Source: a virus
Taxonomy: Duplodnaviria; Caudoviricetes
IMG/VR virus record: IMGVR_UViG_2871003000_000003
Span: 64,001 to 128,000 of that record
DNA length: 64,000 nt
Reading direction: 5' to 3' (one strand)
This document shows positions 30,222-41,584 of the stretch, piece after piece (the stretch's first letter is position 1; each line of letters opens with the position of its first letter). The position numbers were made by a program, and so were the translations under genes. The notes beneath the pieces are model-generated. The model did no database searches. It saw only the letters and a program-made list of their open reading frames with translations, and was not told where the DNA came from.

Positions 30222-30719
30222 TTAAAACTCAATTCTACAATGCAACATTATCTTTAATGGTTTATACATTTTTGAATGAAAAATTTGCGGATCAGGAAGA
30301 TCAAATTCTTGATCCACTCCTAAATCTGTTTCTCTAAGTACAGTCCCTACAACCTTCATTGACATTCCATTTTCTTCAGCTAATTTATTTATATGATGAA
30401 CATAGCCATCATAATATCCGATTCCTTCAAATTTAAATTGTACTTTTGTTTCTATCATTCTGTTTTCAGAAAATGACAAATCCTCTACAATAGGACGAGA
30501 AAATTTATTTAAATAACATTCCTCATAGAAAGAAATAATCCTTTTGCCATCTTCTGTAATATACTTACCCTCTTTTGCCTTTTCTTTTATATCGCTTTTA
30601 ACTTCCATGAAATCATATTCAGCAAACTTCATACCATATTGATAATCATCTTGATACTTTTCTGTAGCAGCTTCCTCCGGTGTTTTTGATATTTCATTTA
30701 ATTCATCCAAAAAACTCAT
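30222..30719 (-). CDS. hypothetical protein
   Basis: 165-aa ORF with RBS. Confidence 0.65.
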   Translation of the reverse strand: MSFLDELNEISKTPEEAATEKYQDDYQYGMKFAEYDFMEVKSDIKEKAKEGKYITEDGKRIISFYEECYLNKFSRPIVEDLSFSENRMIETKVQFKFEGIGYYDGYVHHINKLAEENGMSMKVVGTVLRETDLGVDQEFDLPDPQIFHSKMYKPLKIMLHCRIEF

Positions 30720-31276
30720 AGTACTACTCTCCTATTCCTTTTGATATTTACATAGTAGCACAATACTATGAATTTTTATAGAAATTTTTAAATCGTTAAG
30801 AGAATTAAAGTATGAAACAAAGAAACCGTTCAAATATTTTTAATAATAAAGGGAGAAATGATATGAGCAAATTGTAAATAATGATTTAAGAAAATAAGGA
30901 TTTAATGAAGAAGCATAAAAGAAATTATAAAAAATTTTTCTATTTCAATTTAAATTGTATCTTTGCGTCAGCAAAGACTTTGCGAAGCAAAGTGAAACGG
31001 AGACACGAAGAAAGGGTCGCTTGCGGCTCTTTCTGAAGTGGATCCAACATTACCTAGATCTCTCTATATATAAGGAATTACGAATTTATATCAAAAAAAT
31101 TATTTATAAAGAGAGAATTATTAACTGGGGGAAGGAAGACCAAATTCATAAGTCTTACTACGCACCTTGTTCGCCAAGGCTCACAATCTGCTAGTGCGAC
31201 TAAATGAATTATGCTCTTTTTTGCACTTCCCCCAGACCCCCTTCGCGCACTATAAAATGGATAAAAAATTCAATTA

Positions 31277-31406
31277 AAATCTCTCTAAACCCTTATAAAC
31301 ACTGGGTTTTTGACGAAAAACATCCTTTAAAGTCTCCCTATATTATATATATATTAGGGAGAAATGAAAGGATGCGAAATCTCTCTAAACCCTTATAAAC
31401 ACTGGG
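31277..31406. repeat. two 30-bp direct repeats 100 bp apart flanking a palindrome
   Basis: AAATCTCTCTAAACCCTTATAAACACTGGG at 31277 and 31377; TCTCCCTA-(AT)14-TAGGGAGA at 31333-31362. Confidence 0.9.
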
Positions 31407-31464
31407 AAAATTGGCATTTTAGGTGTGCAAAAAACGATAAAAAACTAATTTAAGGAGAAAACAC

Positions 31465-32568
31465 GTGAACAAATTAAATATCAAAAAAGGGAAAATTACA
31501 GAAAAAAAATTAGTAGAGCTATATGGGAGTGATGCGCAGAAAAAATCATATAAAGAAAATGGACGTTTTATAAGTAACTATAAAAAGACTTTACTTACAA
31601 AAATGTCTCGATATTGTAACATTGAAGATTTAGGTGGCAGAACATATAGAATCAAAAAAGTATATGACTATCCTCTTCCATCAAATTTCAATAAGATGAC
31701 AAAATCATTATATCAATATATTGTTCCTCTTCTACTTACTAACTTAATTAATGGTCACGACGAAAATAACAAAATAGATATAACAGTTGGAAAATGGGCG
31801 AGAGAAATTAATATGGTAAATAAAAATTATAATCTTGTTAAATACAACAGAGAAGATACGAGTAAAGAAACGCAGTGTTCTTTAGATACTATAAATGAAT
31901 TTTATGACAAAGCTGATGACATGATTGAATGGTACATAACAAATGCACTTGATTATTTAAAATCTGCAGGATTAGTTATCTGGAGAGAGGTTTATAGAGT
32001 AAACGAAGAAATATCAAGCGGCAAAAATATTATTGATGAAAACGGGAATATACACGTTGATATTTCTATTGATAGTCATCAAGCATCTGAAGATGAAATG
32101 AACTACTACTCTCATTGTGTTTCAATTGCTGATAAAGCAGCAAAAATAGAAAATGCTGGAGAACGATATTATAGTAAAAAATCAAAATTATTTGGAGAAG
32201 TATTAAAGAAAGAACTATATAAAAAGAAAATCAAATGTGTTTTCAAAACATATGAAGCATATTATGTAGATCTTGACAAATGCAATTTTATATTAAAACA
32301 GTTTGGTAAATTCAAAATGAATAATTTAATAAGTGAATTCAATAAAGAGTTTACAGATTTATTGGTTGGAAATGCGGGAAAAAGGTTTGATAAAAATCCG
32401 GATAAATATTTTTCTTATGCAGAAAAGGATGATTACAGCTTATGTTTTCAAAATTTATGCGAAATAACAATTGATAAAAATACAGAATATCTTGGAAACA
32501 GAATAAGAGAAAAAACAATTAATGATGATTATACTCTAAAAATCACATCATCAAGGAAAGGAAAATAG
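31465..32568 (+). CDS. hypothetical protein, possibly replication-related
   Basis: 367-aa ORF between the repeats and a helicase; function inferred from context only. Confidence 0.55.
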   Translation: MNKLNIKKGKITEKKLVELYGSDAQKKSYKENGRFISNYKKTLLTKMSRYCNIEDLGGRTYRIKKVYDYPLPSNFNKMTKSLYQYIVPLLLTNLINGHDENNKIDITVGKWAREINMVNKNYNLVKYNREDTSKETQCSLDTINEFYDKADDMIEWYITNALDYLKSAGLVIWREVYRVNEEISSGKNIIDENGNIHVDISIDSHQASEDEMNYYSHCVSIADKAAKIENAGERYYSKKSKLFGEVLKKELYKKKIKCVFKTYEAYYVDLDKCNFILKQFGKFKMNNLISEFNKEFTDLLVGNAGKRFDKNPDKYFSYAEKDDYSLCFQNLCEITIDKNTEYLGNRIREKTINDDYTLKITSSRKGK

Positions 32569-32572
32569 ACAT

Positions 32573-34450
32573 ATGAATTTTAATAAACAACAAGAAGAAA
32601 CTATTAATACAATAGAAGGAAACGTGGCGGTTATTGCCACAGCAGGTTCCGGTAAAACAACTGTTCTTACCCATAGAATTAAAAAAATGGTTGAAGAACA
32701 TAATATATTACCATCTTCTATCCTGGCAATTACTTTTAGCAAAAAAGCAAAAGAAAATATAAACGAAAAACTAATGGAACTTAATATATCGAATGTATCT
32801 GTAGAGACTTTTCATTCATTTGCTTTGAAGATTATCTCCTCTGTGTATGGAATCAAAAAATTTAAAATATGGACAACACCATGGGAAAAAGAAAAAACAA
32901 TAAAATGGATTTGTAGTGACTCTTTATTACTTTGCGATTCTGATAATGTCCCATACAACGAAATTACATCGTTTATTGCGTTGCAGAAAAATAACATGAA
33001 AACCCCAAATGATGATTTAATTTACACTCCGGATCCCCCATTTAAAGAAGAGGATATGAAACAAATATATAAAACTTATGAAGAGTATAAAGAAATCAAT
33101 TCACTTATTGAGTTTGATGATTTTTTGAACATGGCAAATAAAATTTTTGATACTGATTATTATACTTTAGAAAAGTATCGAAATATTTTTCAGTATATAT
33201 TAGTTGATGAATTTCAGGATATTTCAATTTCTCAAGCATTACTTTTAAGAAAATTAAACACAAAAAACACAATGATCGTCGGAGATCCTCTTCAGGCTAT
33301 TTATTCATTTAGAGGTGGTGATAGCAGATTTATTCTAAATTTTGATACTGATTATAAAGATGTAAAAGTTATTAATCTAAATACAAATTATAGATGTAGC
33401 AAAGATATTGTATTTACAGCAAATAAACTTGCGTTAAGTATTCCTGATTCTCAACACAAAAATTATGTAGAGAGTATTTCAAATAAAGAAAATTTTCAAA
33501 TTCCTGAGTTAAGACATTTCCCTGATGATTATGAAGAATGTTTATGGGTTGCATCAAAAATAGGAGAATTAAAATTTAAAGGATACGATTACAACGACAT
33601 TGCCATCCTCGCCAGAACAAATGCTCAATTACAAAAACTAGAGTCAACGCTGCATGATGAAGATATAGCATTTGAAATTGTTGATGGTAAAACTTTTACA
33701 GAATTACCAGAGATCAAATTGATAATTTCTTACTTTAAACTTGCGTTAAACACAAATGATAATGAATCGTTTTCTTATCTATACAATAAACCAAATCGAT
33801 GGTTAGATAAAAAATTTTTAAAAGAAGTAACAGATAACAGTTTTAAAAGAAATATATCATTATACAATTCAATGTTCACGATTGACAGGAGAAATTGGAG
33901 ATTCAAAAAAGGTATCGATGAAATCATTGAAGTAATAAATTATTTACAAAACAATCAGAATTCCAACATTTCAGATTTGGTAAGATTTTTGAGAAACAGA
34001 TTAGACATTGATAAATTTGTTACAAAAGGAAAGCAATCAGATGATGGAAGTTATATTGAACAAATCGACAACCTTAACAGTTTTGAAAATATTTGTTCCA
34101 AATACTCTTCCATTAAAGAATTTGTTTCATACATAGATGAGTTAAATACAGAAATGGAGAATAAAGATAATGATAAAGTCAAATTACTTACAATTCATAA
34201 GTCAAAAGGTATGGAATATCCTGTCGTGTTTATCATTGGATGCAATGAAGAAATCCTGCCACACTATAAGAATGAAAATGTTGATGATGAACGTAGGTTA
34301 TTCTATGTCGCAATTACAAGAGCCGAAAAAGAATTATATCTATCATATGTTGATTTATATAATGGTCAAACAAAATTGATAAGCTCTTTTATTAAAGATG
34401 TTGAAAATACAATTAAAATTATAAAAAACGAAAAAATAAGTGGTGAATAA
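32573..34450 (+). CDS. UvrD/PcrA-like SF1 helicase
   Basis: AGSGKT, DEFQD, GDPLQAIY.FRG, NYR, TIHKSKGME and ERRLFYVAITRA motifs. Confidence 0.97.
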   Translation: MNFNKQQEETINTIEGNVAVIATAGSGKTTVLTHRIKKMVEEHNILPSSILAITFSKKAKENINEKLMELNISNVSVETFHSFALKIISSVYGIKKFKIWTTPWEKEKTIKWICSDSLLLCDSDNVPYNEITSFIALQKNNMKTPNDDLIYTPDPPFKEEDMKQIYKTYEEYKEINSLIEFDDFLNMANKIFDTDYYTLEKYRNIFQYILVDEFQDISISQALLLRKLNTKNTMIVGDPLQAIYSFRGGDSRFILNFDTDYKDVKVINLNTNYRCSKDIVFTANKLALSIPDSQHKNYVESISNKENFQIPELRHFPDDYEECLWVASKIGELKFKGYDYNDIAILARTNAQLQKLESTLHDEDIAFEIVDGKTFTELPEIKLIISYFKLALNTNDNESFSYLYNKPNRWLDKKFLKEVTDNSFKRNISLYNSMFTIDRRNWRFKKGIDEIIEVINYLQNNQNSNISDLVRFLRNRLDIDKFVTKGKQSDDGSYIEQIDNLNSFENICSKYSSIKEFVSYIDELNTEMENKDNDKVKLLTIHKSKGMEYPVVFIIGCNEEILPHYKNENVDDERRLFYVAITRAEKELYLSYVDLYNGQTKLISSFIKDVENTIKIIKNEKISGE

Positions 34451-34877
34451 TAAGTAATCCTACTTTATGTATTTTGTTTCTAAATGGTGAATTAAAATAT
34501 GTCCCACATTCAATAAACATCATTTAGGAATTTGTAACTTGAAAATCAAATTTCATTTCATTTAAAGAAAGGAGTTATATGAATGAAAACATAATTATAT
34601 TTTCTATCACATTAGAATTGCAGCGAAGATATCCCTAGAAAATATCTTCCATCGCACAAGTTTTTGTGGATGTTTCATCCACGGTTGGTTTGGATTATTG
34701 CGGTAAGTCAGAATCTAACGTTCCAAACTGCTGCTCTGATCCAAAAGAAATGATGCAATTAGTTAATAGTCAAATTTAAATAAAGAGAATAAATATATGA
34801 AACTTATAGTCATCACTCAATTAAAGGAGCGAGTCCAATGACAAACAAAAATTATGAAAACAGAGGAGATTTAATTT

Positions 34878-35105
34878 ATGAAAACAAGTACATATGTAAC
34901 ACCAGGAAGCCATAATCTTCAGATTCCAAATCGGAGCGAATTTCACAAGTATCTAATTGAAAACATTACAGTTGGTGATTTTAGTACAGGTGGTTGTGCA
35001 GATGGTGGAACAAAAATTAAGAAAATTGCACACGCAATCAATTGGTCAAAGGCTATGCATAATAAATACTATATTAAGAAATTTTCAGAAGAAAATAAAA
35101 AATAA
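34878..35105 (+). CDS. hypothetical protein
   Basis: ORF with GAGGAG RBS. Confidence 0.5.
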   Translation: MKTSTYVTPGSHNLQIPNRSEFHKYLIENITVGDFSTGGCADGGTKIKKIAHAINWSKAMHNKYYIKKFSEENKK

Positions 35106-35126
35106 GTTTAACTACATAAGAATGAG

Positions 35127-37898
35127 GTGAGTAAAATTAGTAAATACGGAATTAAGATTAAAAATATAAAAGCAGGTATGATTTATGATGTAAATATTGG
35201 AGTGAGAGACTATTTCACTTACACTGAAGCGATGTTAAATAATAGCTTGTTTAGCTATCACCTTAAGAAAAATGGTATAAAAATTTATAAAAAACCAAAG
35301 TCTGATAAAGAATCTACGCGTGATATAATATGTTTAGACTTTGATTTTGGAAGTCGTTCTTACGAAGAAGAGAAAAAAAGACTCGAAAAATTAGAAAACA
35401 ATGCAACGACAATAGATGATAAAAATAAAATAAAATATTTACTAAAAGAAATAGGGAAAAAAGAAAAACTATACAATGGTAAAAATAGAGATAAAATCAG
35501 AGAAGATTTTTATCAGAATGGAGTAGATATTTCATATAGACACACCGATAAAAAAACAAAAAAAGAAGTTGTTGAAACAATACATTATCTTATGCTATTT
35601 AGAACGAGTGCAAAAGCTAAAGTTGGACAAGTTATTTTTATAAATGAAAACTTATATGATGATGCATACGATTGGCTTACAATCGGATTAGGAAAAAAAA
35701 TGTCTTATGATAACGCAAAAATAGTTGAGATGTCTGCTTATGCACCACTTACCACATCTACTATTGTTGGAACATTAAAAATTCCGGTAGAAGACATTTT
35801 AATATTAAAAGATCAGGATTCATTTTTTTCTACATTTACGAGTGTAGTAAAAGCTGAAGAGTATATTGATAGTTCTGGAAACAAAAAGAAAAAATGTATT
35901 GTTGAATCAGAAGAAAGAGAAGTTAAAAACACACTATGGGATGGTATGGGTATTATTGAATCATCAATTTTGCCGGGATGGATAAATGGGATGGCTTTAT
36001 TACGAAATCATTTATTTAAGATGTGCGGTTTTAAAGGACATGTACAATTATTCTTTAAAGATTGGTGCAAAAAAAATAATCATGACTATAATACATATCA
36101 AGTTGAAGATATGTTTGGATGTAAACATTATTTAAAAGACATCAAGATTATCACAACAGATAATTCTATAAAGTGGAAAAAATTTATTGATATTATGGGC
36201 GGAACATTATCTTCTGCTTATGAATATTGGTGTGATAAAATTCGCGAAGATGGCAACATATGGGGAGTTGTAAAAACAGATCATCAAAGTAAATTTGAAA
36301 ACTCGCAGCAGTTAAGTTATCAAATGATAAACACTCTTCCGTGCACTAAAGAAGACGTGTATGACATCGCATCAGATACAGTTAAATATATCGAAACATT
36401 GAAAACAGATAATGTTGAATTTGAAAAGTTTTTACGAAAATATGCAAATGAAATAAACCATTATCAAATGTTGGCTGATTTATACAGACATAATCCTGAT
36501 TTCGCCAATTGTGGATGGTTCAGAAATGAAAAGAAAAAAATTATTTTTGAATATGTTAACAGAATGAGAAAAGGCAAAATATTAGTAAATGGAGATAATT
36601 TGACTGTCTGTGGAAATCCTTATGCTCTTCTACTCTATTCAGTAGGTGAAAATTGGGAAGAAGATCCTACATTTTCAAAAGAAGAAAATAGTATTCAATG
36701 TTATACAAGAAGATTTAGTAACGATGAATATCTATGCGGTTTTAGGAATCCACATAATTCACCGAATAATGTATGTCACTTTCATAATGTATATAGTCAG
36801 GAAATGTCTAGATATTTTGATTTTAGCAAAAATATTATGGCTGTAAATTGTATAGGAACTGATGTCCAAGATAGAATGAACGGGGAAGATTTCGATTCAG
36901 ATTTTAATCTAGTCACTAATAATCCAGTGATGGTTAAATATGCCGAAATTTGTTATAGAGATTTTCCAACCATTGTTAATGATCTCAAAGAAAGCGGAAT
37001 CACATACAAGAATACATTATTAGAATATGCACGTATGGATAATAAATTTTCTAAATCCAGAATTGGCATTGGCTATTCCAGTAATCTTGCACAATTAGCC
37101 TTGACTTATTATTGGACAGAGTTGCAAAAGGATAATCCTAATGAAGAACGATTGCATGAGTTATATGATAATTTTGTGATTTTATCTGTTCTTGCTCAAG
37201 TTATAATTGATGGATGTAAAAGGGAATACGAAATTGATGGAATGAAAGAAATCGACAGAATCAGCAAAATGCCATGTATGAAATTAACAAAGCAAGTAGT
37301 TGATGAAAACGGTAGAATTAAAAGTGTTAAATTTGATTTTCCGAAGTTTATGAAATATACAAGAGCTATAAAAACAACAAAAAACGGGAAAGAAATTCCA
37401 CAAAAGGAAATACACGAAAAAAAAGTGAAATTGAAAAATAGAATCAACCCATCTCTTGTTTGCCCTATGAATTGGTTAGAGGAATGCTTAGACACTATCA
37501 AACCTGCGGCAAATTCACACTCAACCCCTATTAGTGATTTTTTTATAAAAATGCCTGGCAAACCTAATAACAGACAAATGACAAAAATTAGGAGTCTTAT
37601 TGAAGAATATGACTTATTTGTTAAAAATTTACATATAACAAATGACGATGACGATATAATAATCGAAGAAATGATTTCTAAATCCGAAAAATTATTAGAC
37701 AGCCTATGCAAAATTAAAGTTGGAAATATAGTAACTATAAATAGAATGATAGAGGTGGCTCTAGGTCTCGATAAAGGAATCGGAAATGGATCCAAAACGA
37801 AGAACATAAACTTAAAATATTCAAGAAAAATTTTAAATTATTTACACAAAATGGACAAAGATAAATTTTTATTGAATTTTAAACCAAAACAAATTTAG
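35127..37898 (+). CDS. YonO-like single-chain two-barrel RNA polymerase
   Basis: 923 aa; WDGMG, RNPH and NGEDFDSD (DxDxD metal motif); upstream of late genes as in SPbeta. Confidence 0.8.
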   Translation: MSKISKYGIKIKNIKAGMIYDVNIGVRDYFTYTEAMLNNSLFSYHLKKNGIKIYKKPKSDKESTRDIICLDFDFGSRSYEEEKKRLEKLENNATTIDDKNKIKYLLKEIGKKEKLYNGKNRDKIREDFYQNGVDISYRHTDKKTKKEVVETIHYLMLFRTSAKAKVGQVIFINENLYDDAYDWLTIGLGKKMSYDNAKIVEMSAYAPLTTSTIVGTLKIPVEDILILKDQDSFFSTFTSVVKAEEYIDSSGNKKKKCIVESEEREVKNTLWDGMGIIESSILPGWINGMALLRNHLFKMCGFKGHVQLFFKDWCKKNNHDYNTYQVEDMFGCKHYLKDIKIITTDNSIKWKKFIDIMGGTLSSAYEYWCDKIREDGNIWGVVKTDHQSKFENSQQLSYQMINTLPCTKEDVYDIASDTVKYIETLKTDNVEFEKFLRKYANEINHYQMLADLYRHNPDFANCGWFRNEKKKIIFEYVNRMRKGKILVNGDNLTVCGNPYALLLYSVGENWEEDPTFSKEENSIQCYTRRFSNDEYLCGFRNPHNSPNNVCHFHNVYSQEMSRYFDFSKNIMAVNCIGTDVQDRMNGEDFDSDFNLVTNNPVMVKYAEICYRDFPTIVNDLKESGITYKNTLLEYARMDNKFSKSRIGIGYSSNLAQLALTYYWTELQKDNPNEERLHELYDNFVILSVLAQVIIDGCKREYEIDGMKEIDRISKMPCMKLTKQVVDENGRIKSVKFDFPKFMKYTRAIKTTKNGKEIPQKEIHEKKVKLKNRINPSLVCPMNWLEECLDTIKPAANSHSTPISDFFIKMPGKPNNRQMTKIRSLIEEYDLFVKNLHITNDDDDIIIEEMISKSEKLLDSLCKIKVGNIVTINRMIEVALGLDKGIGNGSKTKNINLKYSRKILNYLHKMDKDKFLLNFKPKQI

Positions 37899-38169
37899 TG
37901 TTTATGCACAAAAATTGCCGAATTATTTTGTCAAAAGTTACTAAACCCCTTGTAAATAGTGGGTTTTCAAGAAATCAACTTCGTCCGTAATATGGAAGGA
38001 TGAGAGTTTTGCTTATATTCAAAATTCTTGAGATGAAATCAAGACTCTTAAGACGACAAACGCTATTGCCAAAGCGTTTAATAAATATGGAGATATATCT
38101 ATAATAAAGCCCCTATTGAAAGGGGCTTGGGCTTTGCCCAATATAAGCACTTGCTTATAAATACAAATA

Positions 38170-38715
38170 ACTCAGTGCAGATTGGCTTGTCACCATGCTG
38201 AGAATATATGAATAGTGAGTTGCGGTATAATACGATAGTTTTATACTGCAGCTTCTGGAATGATGTGAATCATAAACAGAAAGACGGAAACCGTCAAAAC
38301 TAAATATATGTACAATAATATATTGCCGTAAAACGCAATTGCCAGATCGCTGACATAATAGACGACTCCAGTGGAGTAATAATCGTGATGCCTGTATCGG
38401 TGGAATGTTACAGAGAGATAAGTAGCGAAAATCCAAATAAGTCAGTTGCGTCGTTGATCGGAAGAAATTCCAGTATAAGATCTGTCGAATGTACGAGTAG
38501 CCCAAAGTGACGTGAGATTAATACATAAAGAACAAAAAAATTAAATCTTATTATGAATTTTCTTAATACGCTGAATGACATGGGTGAAAGTTTCTCGTAA
38601 TCAGTCGAGGCTACAATTGCTGTTTATCAGATGTAAAGGAAGTCTAAGGGTAGCTCCCTTATTCTCAGCCCTTTACAAGTAGTGGCGGAATATTATGACG
38701 ATATATTTGAGTAGG
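38170..38715 (+). ncRNA. large structured ncRNA candidate (ROOL/GOLLD-class by size and context)
   Basis: About 550 nt with no plus-strand ORF; multiple stems (TGCGGTATAA/TTATACTGCA, GACGG/CCGTC, TAAGGG/CCCTTA, GTAAAGG/CCTTTAC); next to tRNAs. Confidence 0.5.
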
Positions 38716-38841
38716 AAGAAGTTCCATTTGTATTTATAATCAAGTGCTTATGCGCGCACTTGACGATTTCTAATCTCCTTTTCAGTTAGTAATAGCATTG
38801 CTGTTCTGGTAGTGCTGTTGCTAACATCTTAGGAGTATTTT

Positions 38842-38913
38842 AGCCCCATCGCCAAGCGGTAAGGCACAGGACTTTGACTCCTGCATTCAGTAGTTCGAAT
38901 CTACTTGGGGCTG
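38842..38913 (+). tRNA. tRNA-Gln(TTG)
   Basis: AGCCCCA/TGGGGCT acceptor; CAGGA-CTTTGAC-TCCTG; TTCGAAT T-loop. Confidence 0.92.
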
Positions 38914-39097
38914 CTATCATCCGAAGTGTTGCGCTGACCGTCAATCAGTGGCGCATAAAAACCTATCCCAGTATAAATCCAGGTGACACTGGCTTATATG
39001 AAGATACGCTCTAGGTTTACTACGTTTTATATAACTATTCACATAACAATTATTTTGTCGTCCTTGTGGATGGGTGTTTTGGACGAGCAAACAATAA

Positions 39098-39188
39098 GCT
39101 GCATTAATCCTCTGTGGTAAGGGGTCGATCTTGAAAAATCGATAGTAGCCGCTTATGCGGTGTCTAAGTTCAAATCTTAGGTGCAGCG
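39098..39188 (+). tRNA. tRNA-Ser(TGA), 8-nt anticodon loop
   Basis: GCTGCAT/GTGCAGC acceptor; TCGAT-CTTGAAAA-ATCGA; long variable arm. Confidence 0.75.
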
Positions 39189-39193
39189 TTATA

Positions 39194-39268
39194 TGCAGGC
39201 GAGTGGAACGGATTACTACGTCAGACCCATAATCTGAAAATACTGGGTTCGACTCCCAGGCTCTGCAA
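39194..39268 (+). tRNA. tRNA-CAT (Met or Ile2), atypical
   Basis: TCAGA-CCCATAA-TCTGA; CTGGG-TTCGACT-CCCAG; bulged acceptor stem. Confidence 0.75.
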
Positions 39269-39314
39269 TACTCTCCCACTGTGGAGAAATATACAACGAA
39301 AGGAATGTTTTATC

Positions 39315-39509
39315 ATAGTTCTTATTACAGACAAAGAATGTAAATTTTTGTTAAGCAAAGGATGGAAATGGAGAGATCATATTCATCGCACTGTATCCGG
39401 AGCAAACAAAAAATATGCAACAGAAAATTATCGATTGATGCAAGATTTAGAAAATTTTAGATCACAGTCGATTAAAGAAACAATTCAGATTAAAAAACGT
39501 AAAAAATAA
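39315..39509 (+). CDS. small basic protein with non-AUG start
   Basis: Open frame IVLITDKECKFLLSKGWKW...KKRKK* after GAAAGGA; no ATG/GTG/TTG near the start. Confidence 0.5.
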   Translation: MVLITDKECKFLLSKGWKWRDHIHRTVSGANKKYATENYRLMQDLENFRSQSIKETIQIKKRKK

Positions 39510-39544
39510 CTAGAATTAAACTAGAGGAAAGGTGGTTCACCTTA

Positions 39545-40792
39545 TTGGAATGCACATTATTCCTTGATACGAATGCATTACTTAGTCTCGGCGAAAATGC
39601 ATTTAAAGAAAAATTTATTATTGCACAAAAGACACTTGAAGAGATCGAGAATATCAAAGTGTCTAATTCTAAAGATGGAGAAGTAAAATACAAAGCCAGA
39701 CAAATTTCAAGACTATTGGATAAACATGATGGCGAATATGATGTGGTTTTATACTCTCCAAAAATTAAAGAAATAATTGATAGTTATTTCTTATCTGAAA
39801 CGCCAGACAACATTATCTTGGCTTCTGCTTATTATTACAATTCAAATGTATCGGAAGTACTTGTATGTTCTGATGATTTAAATTGCAAATTCATATCTCG
39901 TAATATTTTTGGACTTCCTACAAAGGGAGTTTCGGATATTAACCTTGTCAAAAATCTTGACGAATATCTTGGATATAAAGAATTAACATTGTCTGATGAA
40001 GAAATGAGTTACTTCTATTGTCATACAAATGAAAACATTTATGATTGTATTTTGAACGAATATCTCATTATTAAAAAATCAGACGGAGAAGTTGTTGATT
40101 ATAGAAAATGGGATGGAAATGAATATAGGGCTGTATGTGAAAAAACAGTTCGCTCTACTATTTTTGGAGATAAAATTAGACCAAAAGATTCATATCAAGC
40201 CTGTGCCATTGATTCAATTTTTTCAAATACAATGACAGCTATTACCGGACATGCAGGTAGCGGAAAATCATTGATATCTTTAATATCTATGATGAGCCTT
40301 ATTGAAAATGGCGAGTATGATAGAGTGATTATTATGTTTAACCCTAATAAAGCAAAGGGTGCTGCAGATATGGGTTTCTATTGTGGTAATGCTACTGAAA
40401 AGGCACTTCAAAATTCTATAGGTTCCATGTTAACTACAAAATTTGGTGATAGATTTGCTGTTGAAATGTTGTTGCAGCAAGATAAAATTCGATTAGTATC
40501 TATGGCAGATGTACGAGGAATGGAAGTAAGGGATAATGAAATTTTATACATTAGTGAAGCGCAGAATACATCAATCGAATTATTAAAGTTGTGTTTATCA
40601 AGAGCAAGTAGCGGATGTAAAATTGTTATCGAAGGTGATTATGATAGCCAGGTTGATTCTTATTTATTTGAAGGAAATTCAAATGGTTTTAAACGCGCAA
40701 TTGATGTGCTTCAAGGTGAATCAGAATTTGGATATGTACATCTTCCGAATGTTTGGAGAAGTAAAATTGCAATGTTAGTGGATAAATTATAG
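39545..40792 (+). CDS. phoH: PIN-PhoH protein
   Basis: FLDTNAL and PDNIIL (PIN); GHAGSGKS, RG, SEAQN and EGD..Q.D (PhoH ATPase). Confidence 0.9.
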   Translation: MECTLFLDTNALLSLGENAFKEKFIIAQKTLEEIENIKVSNSKDGEVKYKARQISRLLDKHDGEYDVVLYSPKIKEIIDSYFLSETPDNIILASAYYYNSNVSEVLVCSDDLNCKFISRNIFGLPTKGVSDINLVKNLDEYLGYKELTLSDEEMSYFYCHTNENIYDCILNEYLIIKKSDGEVVDYRKWDGNEYRAVCEKTVRSTIFGDKIRPKDSYQACAIDSIFSNTMTAITGHAGSGKSLISLISMMSLIENGEYDRVIIMFNPNKAKGAADMGFYCGNATEKALQNSIGSMLTTKFGDRFAVEMLLQQDKIRLVSMADVRGMEVRDNEILYISEAQNTSIELLKLCLSRASSGCKIVIEGDYDSQVDSYLFEGNSNGFKRAIDVLQGESEFGYVHLPNVWRSKIAMLVDKL

Positions 40793-40797
40793 AGAGG

Positions 40798-41013
40798 ATG
40801 TTTGTTATAAAAGCTAAACCTATTTTTAATAGTTTTAATATAAATAACAAAACATTAAACCTTGGAACGTTTGCTAAAATTGAAGATGCAATTGAAGCGA
40901 GAAAATCAGCAGAAGTAAAATATTTTGGTGAATTTAGATTTGATATGTCCAACAAAGATATTATAAATGAAGCTAATCTGGAAGATCATTTAATTTATAA
41001 AAAATGCAGTTAA
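40798..41013 (+). pseudogene. isolated AP2 domain, likely HNH-AP2 endonuclease remnant
   Basis: LGTF..IEDAI.AR..AE.KYFGEF motif with no nuclease domain. Confidence 0.55.
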
Positions 41014-41373
41014 TTGCAAATTCGAGTCTAAAAATTACAATTTAAATTTTATATTGCAGGTAACGCATATGAAAAAAATAAAACATTATTATCATATATA
41101 TTAGGTGCATGTACAATCGTAATATTTCTTCCAATTGTAGAAGAAATAGTTAATGTAATTCTGTCTTGGATTGAATATCTGAAAATTCTTCCGGGAAAAC
41201 TTGTTATAAAAGGCAATGCAGAATTACAAGAGTTGCAGTCGGATTTTGAGGTTGAATCGACAGATACATGCGCTATCGGGTTTCATTATGAACCAGAAAC
41301 TGAAGAATATTATGACGAGGAAGAGTAGTCTAATACTGCTCTTCTATTTTTAGTTTAAAGGAGATAATTAGAA

Positions 41374-41577
41374 ATGATTAAAATTACAAAAACAAAAGAA
41401 AAATTAACGCCGGCAAAACAGAATATCCAATTAGATGGTATTTATGTAAAAGATCTAAAATTTGTAGATGAAACAGGTGATATTACACAGCAAGTTATTG
41501 AAGCTCTTCCGGAAGGAACGGAACAGGTTGGATTTAAAATCACTGTGGAATTACCACTGGACTCTGAAGAAGAATAG
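41374..41577 (+). CDS. small hypothetical protein
   Basis: AAGGAG RBS. Confidence 0.6.
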   Translation: MIKITKTKEKLTPAKQNIQLDGIYVKDLKFVDETGDITQQVIEALPEGTEQVGFKITVELPLDSEEE

Positions 41578-41584
41578 AGAGTAG

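Noticed and set aside
38920-39090. Additional tRNAs between Gln and Ser
   Set aside because: Hairpins are present but there is no complete cloverleaf or T-loop.
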